A stretch of 14,035 bases of DNA from Chlamydiia bacterium (GTDB lineage Bacteria > Chlamydiota > Chlamydiia > Chlamydiales > JAAKFQ01): assembly GCA_041688145.1 (NCBI GenBank), contig JBDNIV010000008.1:1-14035 (forward strand), read 5' to 3'. Of this stretch, positions 1 through 7,397 are shown piece after piece. The notes beneath the pieces are model-generated. The model had not been told where the DNA came from, made no database searches, and saw only the letters and a list, made by a program, of their open reading frames with translations. The position numbers and the translations under genes are program-made. Position 1 is the stretch's first letter; each line of letters opens with the position of its first letter.

Positions 1-238
1 CAATTGAATCGAAAAAAGAATACAAAAAGACCGACCCAGCAAAAATAAATAGACCGAAGTTAAACGTATCGCCTCCAATTTGCTGCATAGGAAAGACATA
101 TGCAAATATCAAAAGATTGCCAAGTATTGAGATCGTACTGTCGATCAATCTTCCAGGTAAAATCTTTTTAAAAATACGGAAATCTCTTCTTGTAAGCTGC
201 CAAAATATTCGCGCATATCTACGCCATTTTATACTCAT
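1..238 (-). CDS. ABC-2 type exporter permease, N-terminal part (runs off the window edge)
   Basis: Not in the ORF track. The ATG at 238 overlaps the ATPase stop (ATGA). Manual translation is open to base 1: MSIKWRRYARIFWQLTRRDFRIFKKILPGRLIDSTISILGNLLIFAYVFPMQQIGGDTFNFGLFIFAGSVFLYSFFDSI. An amphipathic helix followed by hydrophobic segments is typical of ABC-2 permeases. Confidence 0.85.
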   Translation of the reverse strand, partial: MSIKWRRYARIFWQLTRRDFRIFKKILPGRLIDSTISILGNLLIFAYVFPMQQIGGDTFNFGLFIFAGSVFLYSFFDSI

Positions 239-999
239 AGCTCTTTCTCCTTCTTACTCTGTTGGATAATCTCTAAAAAGACATCTTCTAGCTTGTCTTT
301 CTTAAACCCTTTTTTCAGGTTTTTTGGTGTATCGATGAGCTTAAGCTCACCTCGGTCAATCACACAAACCCTATCTGAAAGCGCTTCTGCTTCATCAAGG
401 TAGTGTGTAGTCAAAAGAACTGTGACCCCCTCTTCTTTTAAAGACTTGATCTTCGCCCACAGCTCATGGCGAATATGAGGATCTAAGCCTACTGTGGGCT
501 CATCGAGTATGACAAATGCAGGCTCATGCATAAGCGCTCTTGCGATAAGAAAGCGCTGGCGATACCCCCCTGAAAGAGCATGAACGTTAAAACGTCTATA
601 CTCTTCTAAGTCGAACTCTTTTAAAAGGCGCTCTACTTGAGCTTTTACGACCTTTTTTTCAATCCCATAACAAAGACCTGAGAAAAGTAGATTTTCCTCT
701 AAATTAAGCTGCTTATCGAGATTAGGCTTTTGCGGACAAAAACCTACATTCATCCGATAGCTTGGTAAATCGCGATAAATCGACTCTCCCCTCAGTAAAA
801 CATCTCCCTCAGATGGAGGATGAATCCCTGCTAAAATAGAAGATAGCGTCGTTTTTCCCGCGCCATTTACACCTAGGAGCCCGAACACTTCTTTTGGCTC
901 TATTTCTAAGCTAAGGCCTTTTAGAGCCTCTTTTTCTTGAGGTGTGCCTTTGCTGTAGACTTTACGCACCTCTTTAATAGATAAAAATTTTGAAGACAT
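235..999 (-). CDS. ABC transporter ATP-binding protein (DrrA/NodI-like ABC-2 exporter ATPase)
   Basis: Walker A GVNGAGKTT, Q-loop FCPQ, signature LSGGYRQR, Walker B/D-loop VILDEPTVGLDP, H-loop TTHYLDEAE, and C-terminal LEDVFL. Confidence 0.95.
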   Translation of the reverse strand: MSSKFLSIKEVRKVYSKGTPQEKEALKGLSLEIEPKEVFGLLGVNGAGKTTLSSILAGIHPPSEGDVLLRGESIYRDLPSYRMNVGFCPQKPNLDKQLNLEENLLFSGLCYGIEKKVVKAQVERLLKEFDLEEYRRFNVHALSGGYRQRFLIARALMHEPAFVILDEPTVGLDPHIRHELWAKIKSLKEEGVTVLLTTHYLDEAEALSDRVCVIDRGELKLIDTPKNLKKGFKKDKLEDVFLEIIQQSKKEKEL

Positions 1000-1013
1000 T
1001 GAAAACCTATAAT

Positions 1014-1029
1014 TTTATTCATGAATAAA
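1014..1029. promoter_or_regulatory. Perfect 16-bp palindrome TTTATTCATGAATAAA, candidate operator
   Basis: An exact inverted repeat 14 bp upstream of the ABC ATPase start codon. The function is inferred only. Confidence 0.4.
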
Positions 1030-1157
1030 CGCATGAGATGCACAAATAAGCGCATTCTACATGCATGTAAGGTCATTGCAGAAATGATGGAATTTTAAGC
1101 ATCAAAAGGCTGATGCAGCCTAACGCTACCCAAAGTCACACCAAAAACGCGTGAAAC

Positions 1158-1187
1158 CTAAGAAACTGCTTTATGAATGGCTTTCAT
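1158..1187 (-). other. Putative upstream leader ORF (MKAIHKAVS*)
   Basis: ATG at 1187, with a strong SD GGGAGGG (1196-1202) 8 nt upstream and a TAG stop at 1158-1160. It lies in the intergenic leader of the ABC operon. Confidence 0.35.
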
Positions 1188-1217
1188 TATTAAGACCCTC
1201 CCAGAAGGGTTGGGCTA

Positions 1218-1247
1218 AATGTAACGCCAACCTACAAAAGGAAGCAA
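1218..1247 (-). promoter_or_regulatory. Putative sigma70/sigma66-type promoter for the ABC leader/operon
   Basis: TTGCTT (1247-1242), 18 bp spacer, TACATT (1223-1218), with a T-rich tract upstream. Confidence 0.4.
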
Positions 1248-1257
1248 GAAAAAAATA

Positions 1258-1557
1258 TTAGACATTACCAATAGCCTCAAAGGCTTCTAGATCTCCAGCC
1301 TTTCTTCTGCGGCTCCAATAAAACCACTCGCACATTTCTTTAGAAAGATTCGGGTCTTTAGCCTGAGCAATAATAGCGTAAAAGACATCAAGCACGCAGA
1401 TGCAGTGCCTTTGATGTGTTAGGTCACAGAGTCTCTGATACAGCTCTTCAGGATCCGCTAAAGCAAGCCTGTCTATTGTTTCAATACCAAGGAGCTTAAG
1501 ATCGCTTAAAACAGCCTTACCGACTCCCCTCAACTCTGAAAGCTTTTTTTGAGACAT
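1258..1557 (-). CDS. Small helix-hairpin-helix protein, Cdd1/'pathogenicity locus' (mitomycin-resistance-like) family
   Basis: HhH-like LRGVGKAVLSDLKLLGI, then DPEELYQRLC, CICVLDVF and a Trp-rich end WFYWSRRRK, which is the pattern of this family. Confidence 0.75.
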   Translation of the reverse strand: MSQKKLSELRGVGKAVLSDLKLLGIETIDRLALADPEELYQRLCDLTHQRHCICVLDVFYAIIAQAKDPNLSKEMCEWFYWSRRRKAGDLEAFEAIGNV

Positions 1558-1611
1558 TTTGGGCCAAGCTTGCTGATGATTAATCTTAGAAACAAAGAAC
1601 TGAATGGAAAT

Positions 1612-1693
1612 TGGGGGCGGTCAGACTCGAACTGACGATGCCCGAAGGCGGGGGAGTTACAGTCCCCTGCAATAGCCGCTATGCGACACCCCC
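1612..1693 (-). tRNA. tRNA-Tyr (GTA)
   Basis: The reverse complement folds as a cloverleaf: acceptor GGGGGTG/CGCCCCC+A, anticodon arm GGGGA-CTGTAAC-TCCCC, long variable arm, T-loop GTTCGAG. No encoded CCA. Confidence 0.96.
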
Positions 1694-1708
1694 TAAAAAC
1701 TCAAAGAT

Positions 1709-1781
1709 TGCTGGCGAAAGGAATTGAACCCTCAACCGTCCGATTACAAGTCGGGTGCTCTACCAATTGAGCTACACCAGC
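1709..1781 (-). tRNA. tRNA-Thr (TGT)
   Basis: Reverse complement is GCTGGTGTAGCTCAATTGGTAGAGCACCCGACTTGTAATCGGACGGTTGAGGGTTCAATTCCTTTCGCCAGCA, with anticodon loop CTTGTAA. No encoded CCA. Confidence 0.96.
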
Positions 1782-1794
1782 ATAATAATCCCCT

Positions 1795-1823
1795 ATCCTA
1801 TCAAAAAGTAGAGGTTATTTCAA
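1795..1823 (-). promoter_or_regulatory. Sigma70/sigma66-type promoter of the tRNA-Thr/Tyr operon
   Basis: TTGAAA (1823-1818), 17 bp spacer, TAGGAT (1800-1795) with an extended -10 TG, 13 bp upstream of tRNA-Thr. Confidence 0.7.
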
Positions 1824-1829
1824 ACTTTT

Positions 1830-2150
1830 TTAGCCCTCTTTTTTTAAGGCCTTTTTAGTCTTGGCTACAGCAGGCTTGTTCGCTGGAGTTTTTTTAAGCC
1901 CAGACAGCTTTTTCTCTGCCCTCGGCTTGGTTATTGCAGCAGCGCCCTTACTTACTTTAGTCTCTTTTACCTTGCCTTTTGCAGAAGCTGCTGGAGACGT
2001 AATAGCACTTGCTACGTTAGAAACATTAGAAATTTGTTTTACATTCTTAAGACGCGAAGAACCTGAAACAGGCTGCGCTTTGTTGAGACAGCACTTTTTA
2101 TATTTTTTACCTGATCCACAAGGACAAGGTTCATTTCTACCAATACGCAT
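1830..2150 (-). CDS. SEC-C metal-binding motif protein with Lys/Ala-rich basic C-terminal tail (106 aa)
   Basis: N-terminal [19 protein letters not shown] is a canonical SEC-C motif. The ATG at 2150 is preceded by AAGGAAG and avoids overlap with the divergent ttcA, so it is preferred over the ORF-track start at 2225. Confidence 0.85.
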   Translation of the reverse strand: MRIGRNEPCPCGSGKKYKKCCLNKAQPVSGSSRLKNVKQISNVSNVASAITSPAASAKGKVKETKVSKGAAAITKPRAEKKLSGLKKTPANKPAVAKTKKALKKEG

Positions 2151-2205
2151 TTTTCTTCCTTTTATTTGGGCCCAAAGGCAAAATACTGCCAAAAACACCC
2201 CCTTT

Positions 2206-2949
2206 ATGGCAACCTTACATTTCAAAACTCGATCAAAACTGCATAAAAAGTTGGAAAGTGCCTGCCGAAAGGCTCTTTTTGACTTTGATATGATCGAAGA
2301 TGATCAACCTATTGGCATAGCCCTTAGTGGAGGCAAAGATAGTCTCACGCTGCTCTATCTACTAAAAGCTATATCAGGAAGGGGCTTTCCTAAGTTCCCT
2401 ATCCACGCTTTTCATGTAAGCGGCGCTTTTTCTTGTGGCCCTGGAATAACAAAACCTTTTCTAGAAGAGTTTTGCAAAAACCTTAACGTTCCTTTGCATA
2501 TAGCACACGCTAACCAAAAGCTTGAAGAGCTTGAGTGTTATTCATGCTCAAGAAGAAGGCGCACACTACTTTTTGATATGACTAAAAAAGAAGGCATAAA
2601 AACACTTGCTTTTGGTCACCACCGTGACGACAGTGTCCAAACGCTGCTTATGAATGTACTTCATAAAGCAGAATTTGAAATGCTATCCCCTAAGCTAAAA
2701 ATGCACCGCTATGAGTGCACAATTATTCGTCCCCTCATACTTATTGAAGAGCGCTCTATTGTGACTTTCTCTCAAAATGAAGGTTTTAGTCGTATTACGT
2801 GCCAGTGCCCTGTAGGGGTAAACTCAGTAAGAAAAAAAACTGAAATGCTGTTACAAAAAGTAGAAGCTGTCTTTCCTAACGCGCGAACAAACCTGGCTCA
2901 AGCGGGTCTTCATTATAGTAAAAAATTAGGAGGCACCTATGATGACTAA
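2206..2949 (+). CDS. ttcA: tRNA 2-thiocytidine(32) biosynthesis protein TtcA (PP-loop ATPase), 247 aa
   Basis: PP-loop [23 protein letters not shown] and C-terminal CQCP. The real start is likely the ATG at 2206, because the upstream ORF extension is antisense to the SEC-C gene. Confidence 0.85.
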   Translation: MATLHFKTRSKLHKKLESACRKALFDFDMIEDDQPIGIALSGGKDSLTLLYLLKAISGRGFPKFPIHAFHVSGAFSCGPGITKPFLEEFCKNLNVPLHIAHANQKLEELECYSCSRRRRTLLFDMTKKEGIKTLAFGHHRDDSVQTLLMNVLHKAEFEMLSPKLKMHRYECTIIRPLILIEERSIVTFSQNEGFSRITCQCPVGVNSVRKKTEMLLQKVEAVFPNARTNLAQAGLHYSKKLGGTYDD

Positions 2950-3353
2950 GGCTTTAACCGCAGCTCTTCTGCACTAATCTGATCAAGTCTATGAAGTGCA
3001 TTTTCTTGAATCTCTATCATCACTTCGTAAGTATCCCCGATTTCTAGGACGCGCACTATCTGCTCTTTCAGGTTATCAGAGGCTTGCCTCTCTTCTAAAC
3101 TTGCACCCAGCTCTTCTTCAGCAGACTCATTTGTAAAAAGGGCACTTTTTTCTACAAGGTCAATAAGCCTTTCATGAAACGTTTTTAACTTAGGAGCTGC
3201 CTTTTCTAAGTCTTCTTTTGTCTCTACTTTCTGCAAAGTAGCCGTCATGTCTTGCATTACGCTAGAAGCCGAGGTGCGAATGGCCTTGAGGCCTCCTTTC
3301 TCACAACTACAAAAAAATAGAGCAATTAAAAGTCCTAAAAAAATGCCGCGCAC
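2946..3353 (-). CDS. Putative lipoprotein, helical hypothetical protein (135 aa)
   Basis: The GTG start at 3353 overlaps the MFS stop (TAGTG). It gives MRGIFLGLLIALFFCSC, a signal peptide II with a lipobox Cys, followed by a charged helical body. Confidence 0.7.
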   Translation of the reverse strand: MRGIFLGLLIALFFCSCEKGGLKAIRTSASSVMQDMTATLQKVETKEDLEKAAPKLKTFHERLIDLVEKSALFTNESAEEELGASLEERQASDNLKEQIVRVLEIGDTYEVMIEIQENALHRLDQISAEELRLKP

Positions 3354-4591
3354 TAAACTTTTTTCCTCTTTGCTTGTCGCATATCCCAAAGAAACACAAG
3401 GGCCGCTATTATCATAAATACAAAACTTCCCACAAAAAGCCGGTGCGCTGATTCTTTAAACCACAGCCCCCCAATATACGAGGCGAATATTGCGGCTAAA
3501 GCAGACATAGAACCGCTTATCCCCATCACCTTACCCTGGATAGCCCTAGATGCATTTATAGATATAATAGCGTAAATATTTGGCCATAAAATAGAAAAAG
3601 CTAAGCTGAGGAGTCCAAGGCATCCTGAGAAGAGTATAAAGTCCACATATGATACAAGGAGCAGCTGCCCTAAAGCCGCAACGAAAACTGTCAGCAAAAT
3701 AATCTTAGAAAGCGATCCCCACCTCAGTAAAAGAGTGTTGAGATATGAGGTTCCAAAGCTCCAGACAAGTCCAGTGTAAGCAAAAAACAAACCTATTTCT
3801 AACATAGATAGGTGGTAGCGCATCCGTAAAAAGCCCGACAAGAAAAGAAAAACAACTTCCATGGAACACAAGAAAAAAAAGTAAAACAGGAAAAGTCTAC
3901 GCAATTTAGGGCGCGAACAAGCCTCAAAGATGTCTTTCAACCCTCCCAAAAGAGAAAATTTGCTCTTTTCCGGTTTCTTTAGTGTCTCTTTAAAGAGCAT
4001 AAATGCAGCAATAAAATCTATAAGCGCTAAAAAAGCGATAATCCAAAAAGGGGTTGCAGGGTTAAAACCCCACGACCCTTCAGACATAACGCCTCCTAAA
4101 AACGGCCCTATAATCCACGCAAGCCCCGATAAAAACGAGACATATCCAAAATACTTTGATCGGCGCTTATCCTGAGGGATCACATCTGCTATCGAAGAAA
4201 GGCATAAAGAAATATTACCCGAAAAGATTCCCCCAACAATCCGTCCTAAAAAAAGCCACACAAGAAGCTCAGCCTGAAGAGCACATGCGCATAGCGCATA
4301 GCTAAGAACCAGACCAGCAATCGATGCTAAAAGTACAGGGAACCGGCCTAAACGATCGCTAATAGCACCTAAGAAAGGCGCTGCTAAAAACTGCATGAGC
4401 GGATAGCTCATGAGCAAAAAAGAAACCGTCGTTACTTTAGAAGCCTCTAAAGTACCCGGATCAAAAAAGTGCCCATCAGGATTTAAGAGAACAGGCAAAA
4501 AAATAGGGTAGACAATAGCCATACCCACCATGTCTAAAAAAACGGTAAAATAGAGAGGAAAAAAAAGTTTAAATCGGCGGCTAATATTCAT
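3353..4591 (-). CDS. MFS transporter, TetA/DHA1-like drug:H+ antiporter family
   Basis: About 12 hydrophobic segments, TM1 Asp (VFLDMVG), motif A GAISDRLGRFPV, motif B GRIVGG and motif C-like IIGPFLGG. Confidence 0.9.
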   Translation of the reverse strand: MNISRRFKLFFPLYFTVFLDMVGMAIVYPIFLPVLLNPDGHFFDPGTLEASKVTTVSFLLMSYPLMQFLAAPFLGAISDRLGRFPVLLASIAGLVLSYALCACALQAELLVWLFLGRIVGGIFSGNISLCLSSIADVIPQDKRRSKYFGYVSFLSGLAWIIGPFLGGVMSEGSWGFNPATPFWIIAFLALIDFIAAFMLFKETLKKPEKSKFSLLGGLKDIFEACSRPKLRRLFLFYFFFLCSMEVVFLFLSGFLRMRYHLSMLEIGLFFAYTGLVWSFGTSYLNTLLLRWGSLSKIILLTVFVAALGQLLLVSYVDFILFSGCLGLLSLAFSILWPNIYAIISINASRAIQGKVMGISGSMSALAAIFASYIGGLWFKESAHRLFVGSFVFMIIAALVFLWDMRQAKRKKV

Positions 4592-4658
4592 GACAAGTAA
4601 AAATCAAATTCTTCCTCAAGATAACAAGGCCTGTAAAAAAATAGCGAGCCAAAAAACC

Positions 4659-4687
4659 TTGAATCAAATCCAAATCTACGCTAATGT
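4659..4687 (+). promoter_or_regulatory. Sigma70/sigma66-type promoter of the tRNA-Val/Asp operon
   Basis: TTGAAT (4659-4664), 17 bp spacer, TAATGT (4682-4687), an A-tract upstream, 11 bp before tRNA-Val. Confidence 0.65.
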
Positions 4688-4698
4688 GTTTTCCATTG

Positions 4699-4770
4699 GG
4701 GCGCATAGCTCAGCGGTAGAGCTCCTGTCTTACAAACAGGCGGTCATAGGTTCAAATCCTGTTGCGCCCA
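4699..4770 (+). tRNA. tRNA-Val (TAC)
   Basis: Acceptor GGGCGCA/TGCGCCC+A, anticodon arm CCTGT-CTTACAA-ACAGG, T-loop GGTTCAAATCC. Confidence 0.96.
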
Positions 4771-4791
4771 TAGCTGAGAAGCAATCCTTTT

Positions 4792-4865
4792 GCGGGAGTA
4801 GTTCAATTGGTTAGAGCACCGGCCTGTCACGCCGGAAGTTGAGGGTTCGAGTCCCTTCTCTCGCG
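4792..4865 (+). tRNA. tRNA-Asp (GTC)
   Basis: Acceptor GCGGGAG/CTCTCGC+G, anticodon arm CCGGC-CTGTCAC-GCCGG, T-loop GGTTCGAGTCC. Confidence 0.96.
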
Positions 4866-4884
4866 AATTTCTTTTAGGAGAACA

Positions 4885-5814
4885 ATGGCAGCATCGAAAT
4901 CTTCAAAAAAAACATTGTTCCTCTCTGTCCGTTCTTTTATTTGGATCTTTATAGGGACTTTTTTAGCCGCCTACTCTGTTAAATCAGTGCTTGCTCCTCA
5001 TGGGCTCATTGATGGAGGCGTTATTGGCGTATCTATGATCCTAGCTCGGATCTTTGGCCAGCAGTACCTCTCTATTGCTTTTGCTGTTTTGACTCTGCCT
5101 TTCCTCTTTTTATCTTTTAAAATGATTCGCAAAAACTTCTTTTTGCAGATGGGTCTAGCCATGCTATTCTTTGTGCTAAGTACATGGTGGATTGGCGATA
5201 ATATTGAGCCTTTTTTAGGCACTGACTTAGAAGTAATCGTCTTAGGAGGTGTTATACTCGGTATTGGCGCAGGCCTTGTAATCCGCAATGGCGCATGTAT
5301 TGACGGCACGGAGATTGTAGCGATCATTATTAATCGCAAAAAGGGCTTTACCGTAGGCCAGGTTGTCCTTGTTATCAATGTTTTTATCTTCTTCGTTTAC
5401 GGCCTTCTTTTTGACTGGCACAGCGCATTCAAATCAATCATGATCTACTTTGTTGCCTATAAAACAATGGATAGTGTGATCATGGGCTTTGATGAGCTCA
5501 AGTCTGTTAAGATTATTACCTCCAAGCCTAAACTCATTGGTGAAGTCGTCATGGACCAGATGGGCTTAGGTCTTACTATCATGCTTGGCCGCGGTGGCTA
5601 TTCAGGCAAAGAAAGAGACATTCTCTATGTTATCGTAGAGCGTCTTGATTTAGCTGAACTCAAAGGAATGATTCTCGCTCATGACAGTGACGCCTTTATT
5701 GCTGTAGAAAACCTCCATGAAGTCATTTATGGAAATGCTCATGGAAGTCCCACAAAGAAAAAACGCATTCGTAAAAAAGCTGCCCGCTCCACTCGAAAAG
5801 CGCTTAAAGGCTAA
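4885..5814 (+). CDS. YitT family membrane protein (DUF161 repeats plus C-terminal DUF2179-like domain)
   Basis: LIDGGVIGVS, GACIDGTEIVA, GRGGYSG and DAFIAV motifs, multiple TM segments, and SD AGGAG upstream. Confidence 0.88.
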   Translation: MAASKSSKKTLFLSVRSFIWIFIGTFLAAYSVKSVLAPHGLIDGGVIGVSMILARIFGQQYLSIAFAVLTLPFLFLSFKMIRKNFFLQMGLAMLFFVLSTWWIGDNIEPFLGTDLEVIVLGGVILGIGAGLVIRNGACIDGTEIVAIIINRKKGFTVGQVVLVINVFIFFVYGLLFDWHSAFKSIMIYFVAYKTMDSVIMGFDELKSVKIITSKPKLIGEVVMDQMGLGLTIMLGRGGYSGKERDILYVIVERLDLAELKGMILAHDSDAFIAVENLHEVIYGNAHGSPTKKKRIRKKAARSTRKALKG

Positions 5815-5815
5815 T

Positions 5816-6256
5816 ATGTATAAGCGCGCCTTCTCTGTTCATTTAGAAGACACCGATGCCGCCTCCCTTGTTTACTACCCTCGCCTCTTTTACTGGGCAC
5901 AAATCTCTTATGAGCTCTTTTTAAAAAGTAAAAATCTCCCTCTGAATAACCTTTTAGAAAAGGCGCCCTACCTCTTGCCTATAGCCGCTTGCGAAGGCTC
6001 TTTTTTAGCTCCTCTTCGCTTTGGAGATGACCTAGAAGCATGCATGACCTTGCTGCGCCTTGGGACTACAAGCTTTACGCTTGAGCACACTTTTACTAAA
6101 AAAAAAGAGGAGTCAAAAAAATCAGCTGAAGGAATTCAAAACATAATCATGGCTAAAGCGTCTGTCCGCCATGTTTGTACTGATAGAAACCTTAATAAAA
6201 TGCCTATACCCGAGCCTTTAAGAAGTCACTTAAGCACTTTAGAACCTACTCAATAA
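5816..6256 (+). CDS. Hot-dog acyl-CoA thioesterase (4HBT-I/YbgC class), probable DHNA-CoA thioesterase (functional MenI equivalent)
   Basis: The ATG at 5816 is 1 bp after the yitT stop. Motifs EDTDAASLVYYPR, FLAPLRFGD and GTTSF, and the gene abuts the men cluster. Confidence 0.75.
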   Translation: MYKRAFSVHLEDTDAASLVYYPRLFYWAQISYELFLKSKNLPLNNLLEKAPYLLPIAACEGSFLAPLRFGDDLEACMTLLRLGTTSFTLEHTFTKKKEESKKSAEGIQNIIMAKASVRHVCTDRNLNKMPIPEPLRSHLSTLEPTQ

Positions 6257-7397
6257 GCTCTTTAATAAGCCTTTGAAAATCGGCTCTTTTCGGTTTCTGA
6301 GATATCCCTTGCATACTTGCAGGCCAATCTAGCCACAAAATAGGCACCTTGAATTTAGCTACCCGTTCTAGAAGATATGCTTTAAGCTCCTCTTCTAGCT
6401 GGGCCTCTTTTAAGCCTTTAATAAAAACAGCCGGTCTTTGTCCATATTCTGCATCTTCTATAGGAACAACTACAGACTCTAAAACGCCTCGATGCTGATT
6501 AAGAAGGCGCTCTATTTCTTCAGGCTGGATGTTTTCTCCTCCTGATATAAAGAGGTTATCTAGGCGCCCCACAACGTGCAATCTCCCCTTAGAATCTATC
6601 TCTCCAAGATCCCCTGTCCGAAACCACCCCTCATCTGTAATTGGACAGGCCAGCTGTCCACTTTCCAAGTCTACATACCCTTCAAAAAGGCCCTCGCCTC
6701 TAACTAGAACCTCACCTGAACTTCTATCAATCTGCACTTCTTTTTTAGGAAGAATAATTCCATCTAAAGTGACCATAGCGCCCATCTCAGTAAGACCATA
6801 TGTCTCTTTTACCGGATAACCAAAAGCGCGGCCTTGTTCTAAAAGATGCTTATCTACAGGAGCTCCTCCAATAAGCGAGCACTTAAGCATAGAAGGCGCT
6901 TTTTTCCCTTCTTTAATAAGACGATACAAATGGGTCGGTATCCAAGAAGTAAATGTCGCCTTATCTAGATTTTCTGTAACTGAAGCGCCCGCAGACAAAG
7001 ACCGCAGAGCCGCCATCACTCCCCCAATATGCCAAAGGGGCAAACTCAAATGCCACACATCTTTTTTTTCTAACCCTAAAGCCCGAGCTGAAGCTGCTGC
7101 ATTTTCTATTAAGCTCTTCCAAGAATGAAATGCTATCTTAGGAAAAGACGAAGAGCCCGAGGTCAAGATAAAAAGGCCGCCTTTAACGTCACTCTTAGGG
7201 CTAAAAGAGCTTAATTGAAAAAGGCCCATCTGCTTTTTTATACGCTCTTTTTCTTGAGTAGAAAGTCTATAGCTTAAGGGGAAAAAATAACTTCCCTTCT
7301 CTATAGATAGGACAAGGGCTCTTAGAGCTTCTAATTGGGCGCCCACACCAGAATTTATTTCAAAAATAAAGCTTTGAATACTACGCTTCTCCACCAT
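6246..7397 (-). CDS. menE: o-succinylbenzoate-CoA ligase (short form, 383 aa)
   Basis: ANL motifs TSGSSSFPK, SLPLWHIGG, TYGLTEM, FRTGDLG and GRLDNLFISGGENIQPEEIE, plus men cluster context. Confidence 0.88.
   Translation of the reverse strand: MVEKRSIQSFIFEINSGVGAQLEALRALVLSIEKGSYFFPLSYRLSTQEKERIKKQMGLFQLSSFSPKSDVKGGLFILTSGSSSFPKIAFHSWKSLIENAAASARALGLEKKDVWHLSLPLWHIGGVMAALRSLSAGASVTENLDKATFTSWIPTHLYRLIKEGKKAPSMLKCSLIGGAPVDKHLLEQGRAFGYPVKETYGLTEMGAMVTLDGIILPKKEVQIDRSSGEVLVRGEGLFEGYVDLESGQLACPITDEGWFRTGDLGEIDSKGRLHVVGRLDNLFISGGENIQPEEIERLLNQHRGVLESVVVPIEDAEYGQRPAVFIKGLKEAQLEEELKAYLLERVAKFKVPILWLDWPASMQGISQKPKRADFQRLIKELIE

Noticed and set aside
1021..1098. 25-aa plus-strand ORF MNKRMRCTNKRILHACKVIAEMMEF
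   Set aside because: It has no SD, is antisense to the local transcription direction, and has no supporting features.
1..1693. Genomic island integrated at the tRNA-Tyr 3' end (Cdd1-like gene, ABC exporter)
   Set aside because: No integrase and no duplicated tRNA 3' end (att site) are visible in the window.
1861..2205. 115-aa N-terminal extension of TtcA in the ORF track
   Set aside because: It starts at TTG and is the antisense shadow of the Lys-rich SEC-C gene. TtcA similarity begins after ATG 2206.
4590..4814. 74-aa plus-strand ORF
   Set aside because: It overlaps the tRNA promoter, tRNA-Val and tRNA-Asp, so it is spurious.
5717..5815. N-terminal extension of the thioesterase
   Set aside because: It overlaps the yitT 3' end. 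ATG 5816 gives a normal-length hot-dog domain.
6098..6106. A9 homopolymer in the thioesterase as a phase-variation tract
   Set aside because: The frame is intact, and A/T runs of 7-9 are common throughout this AT-rich window.
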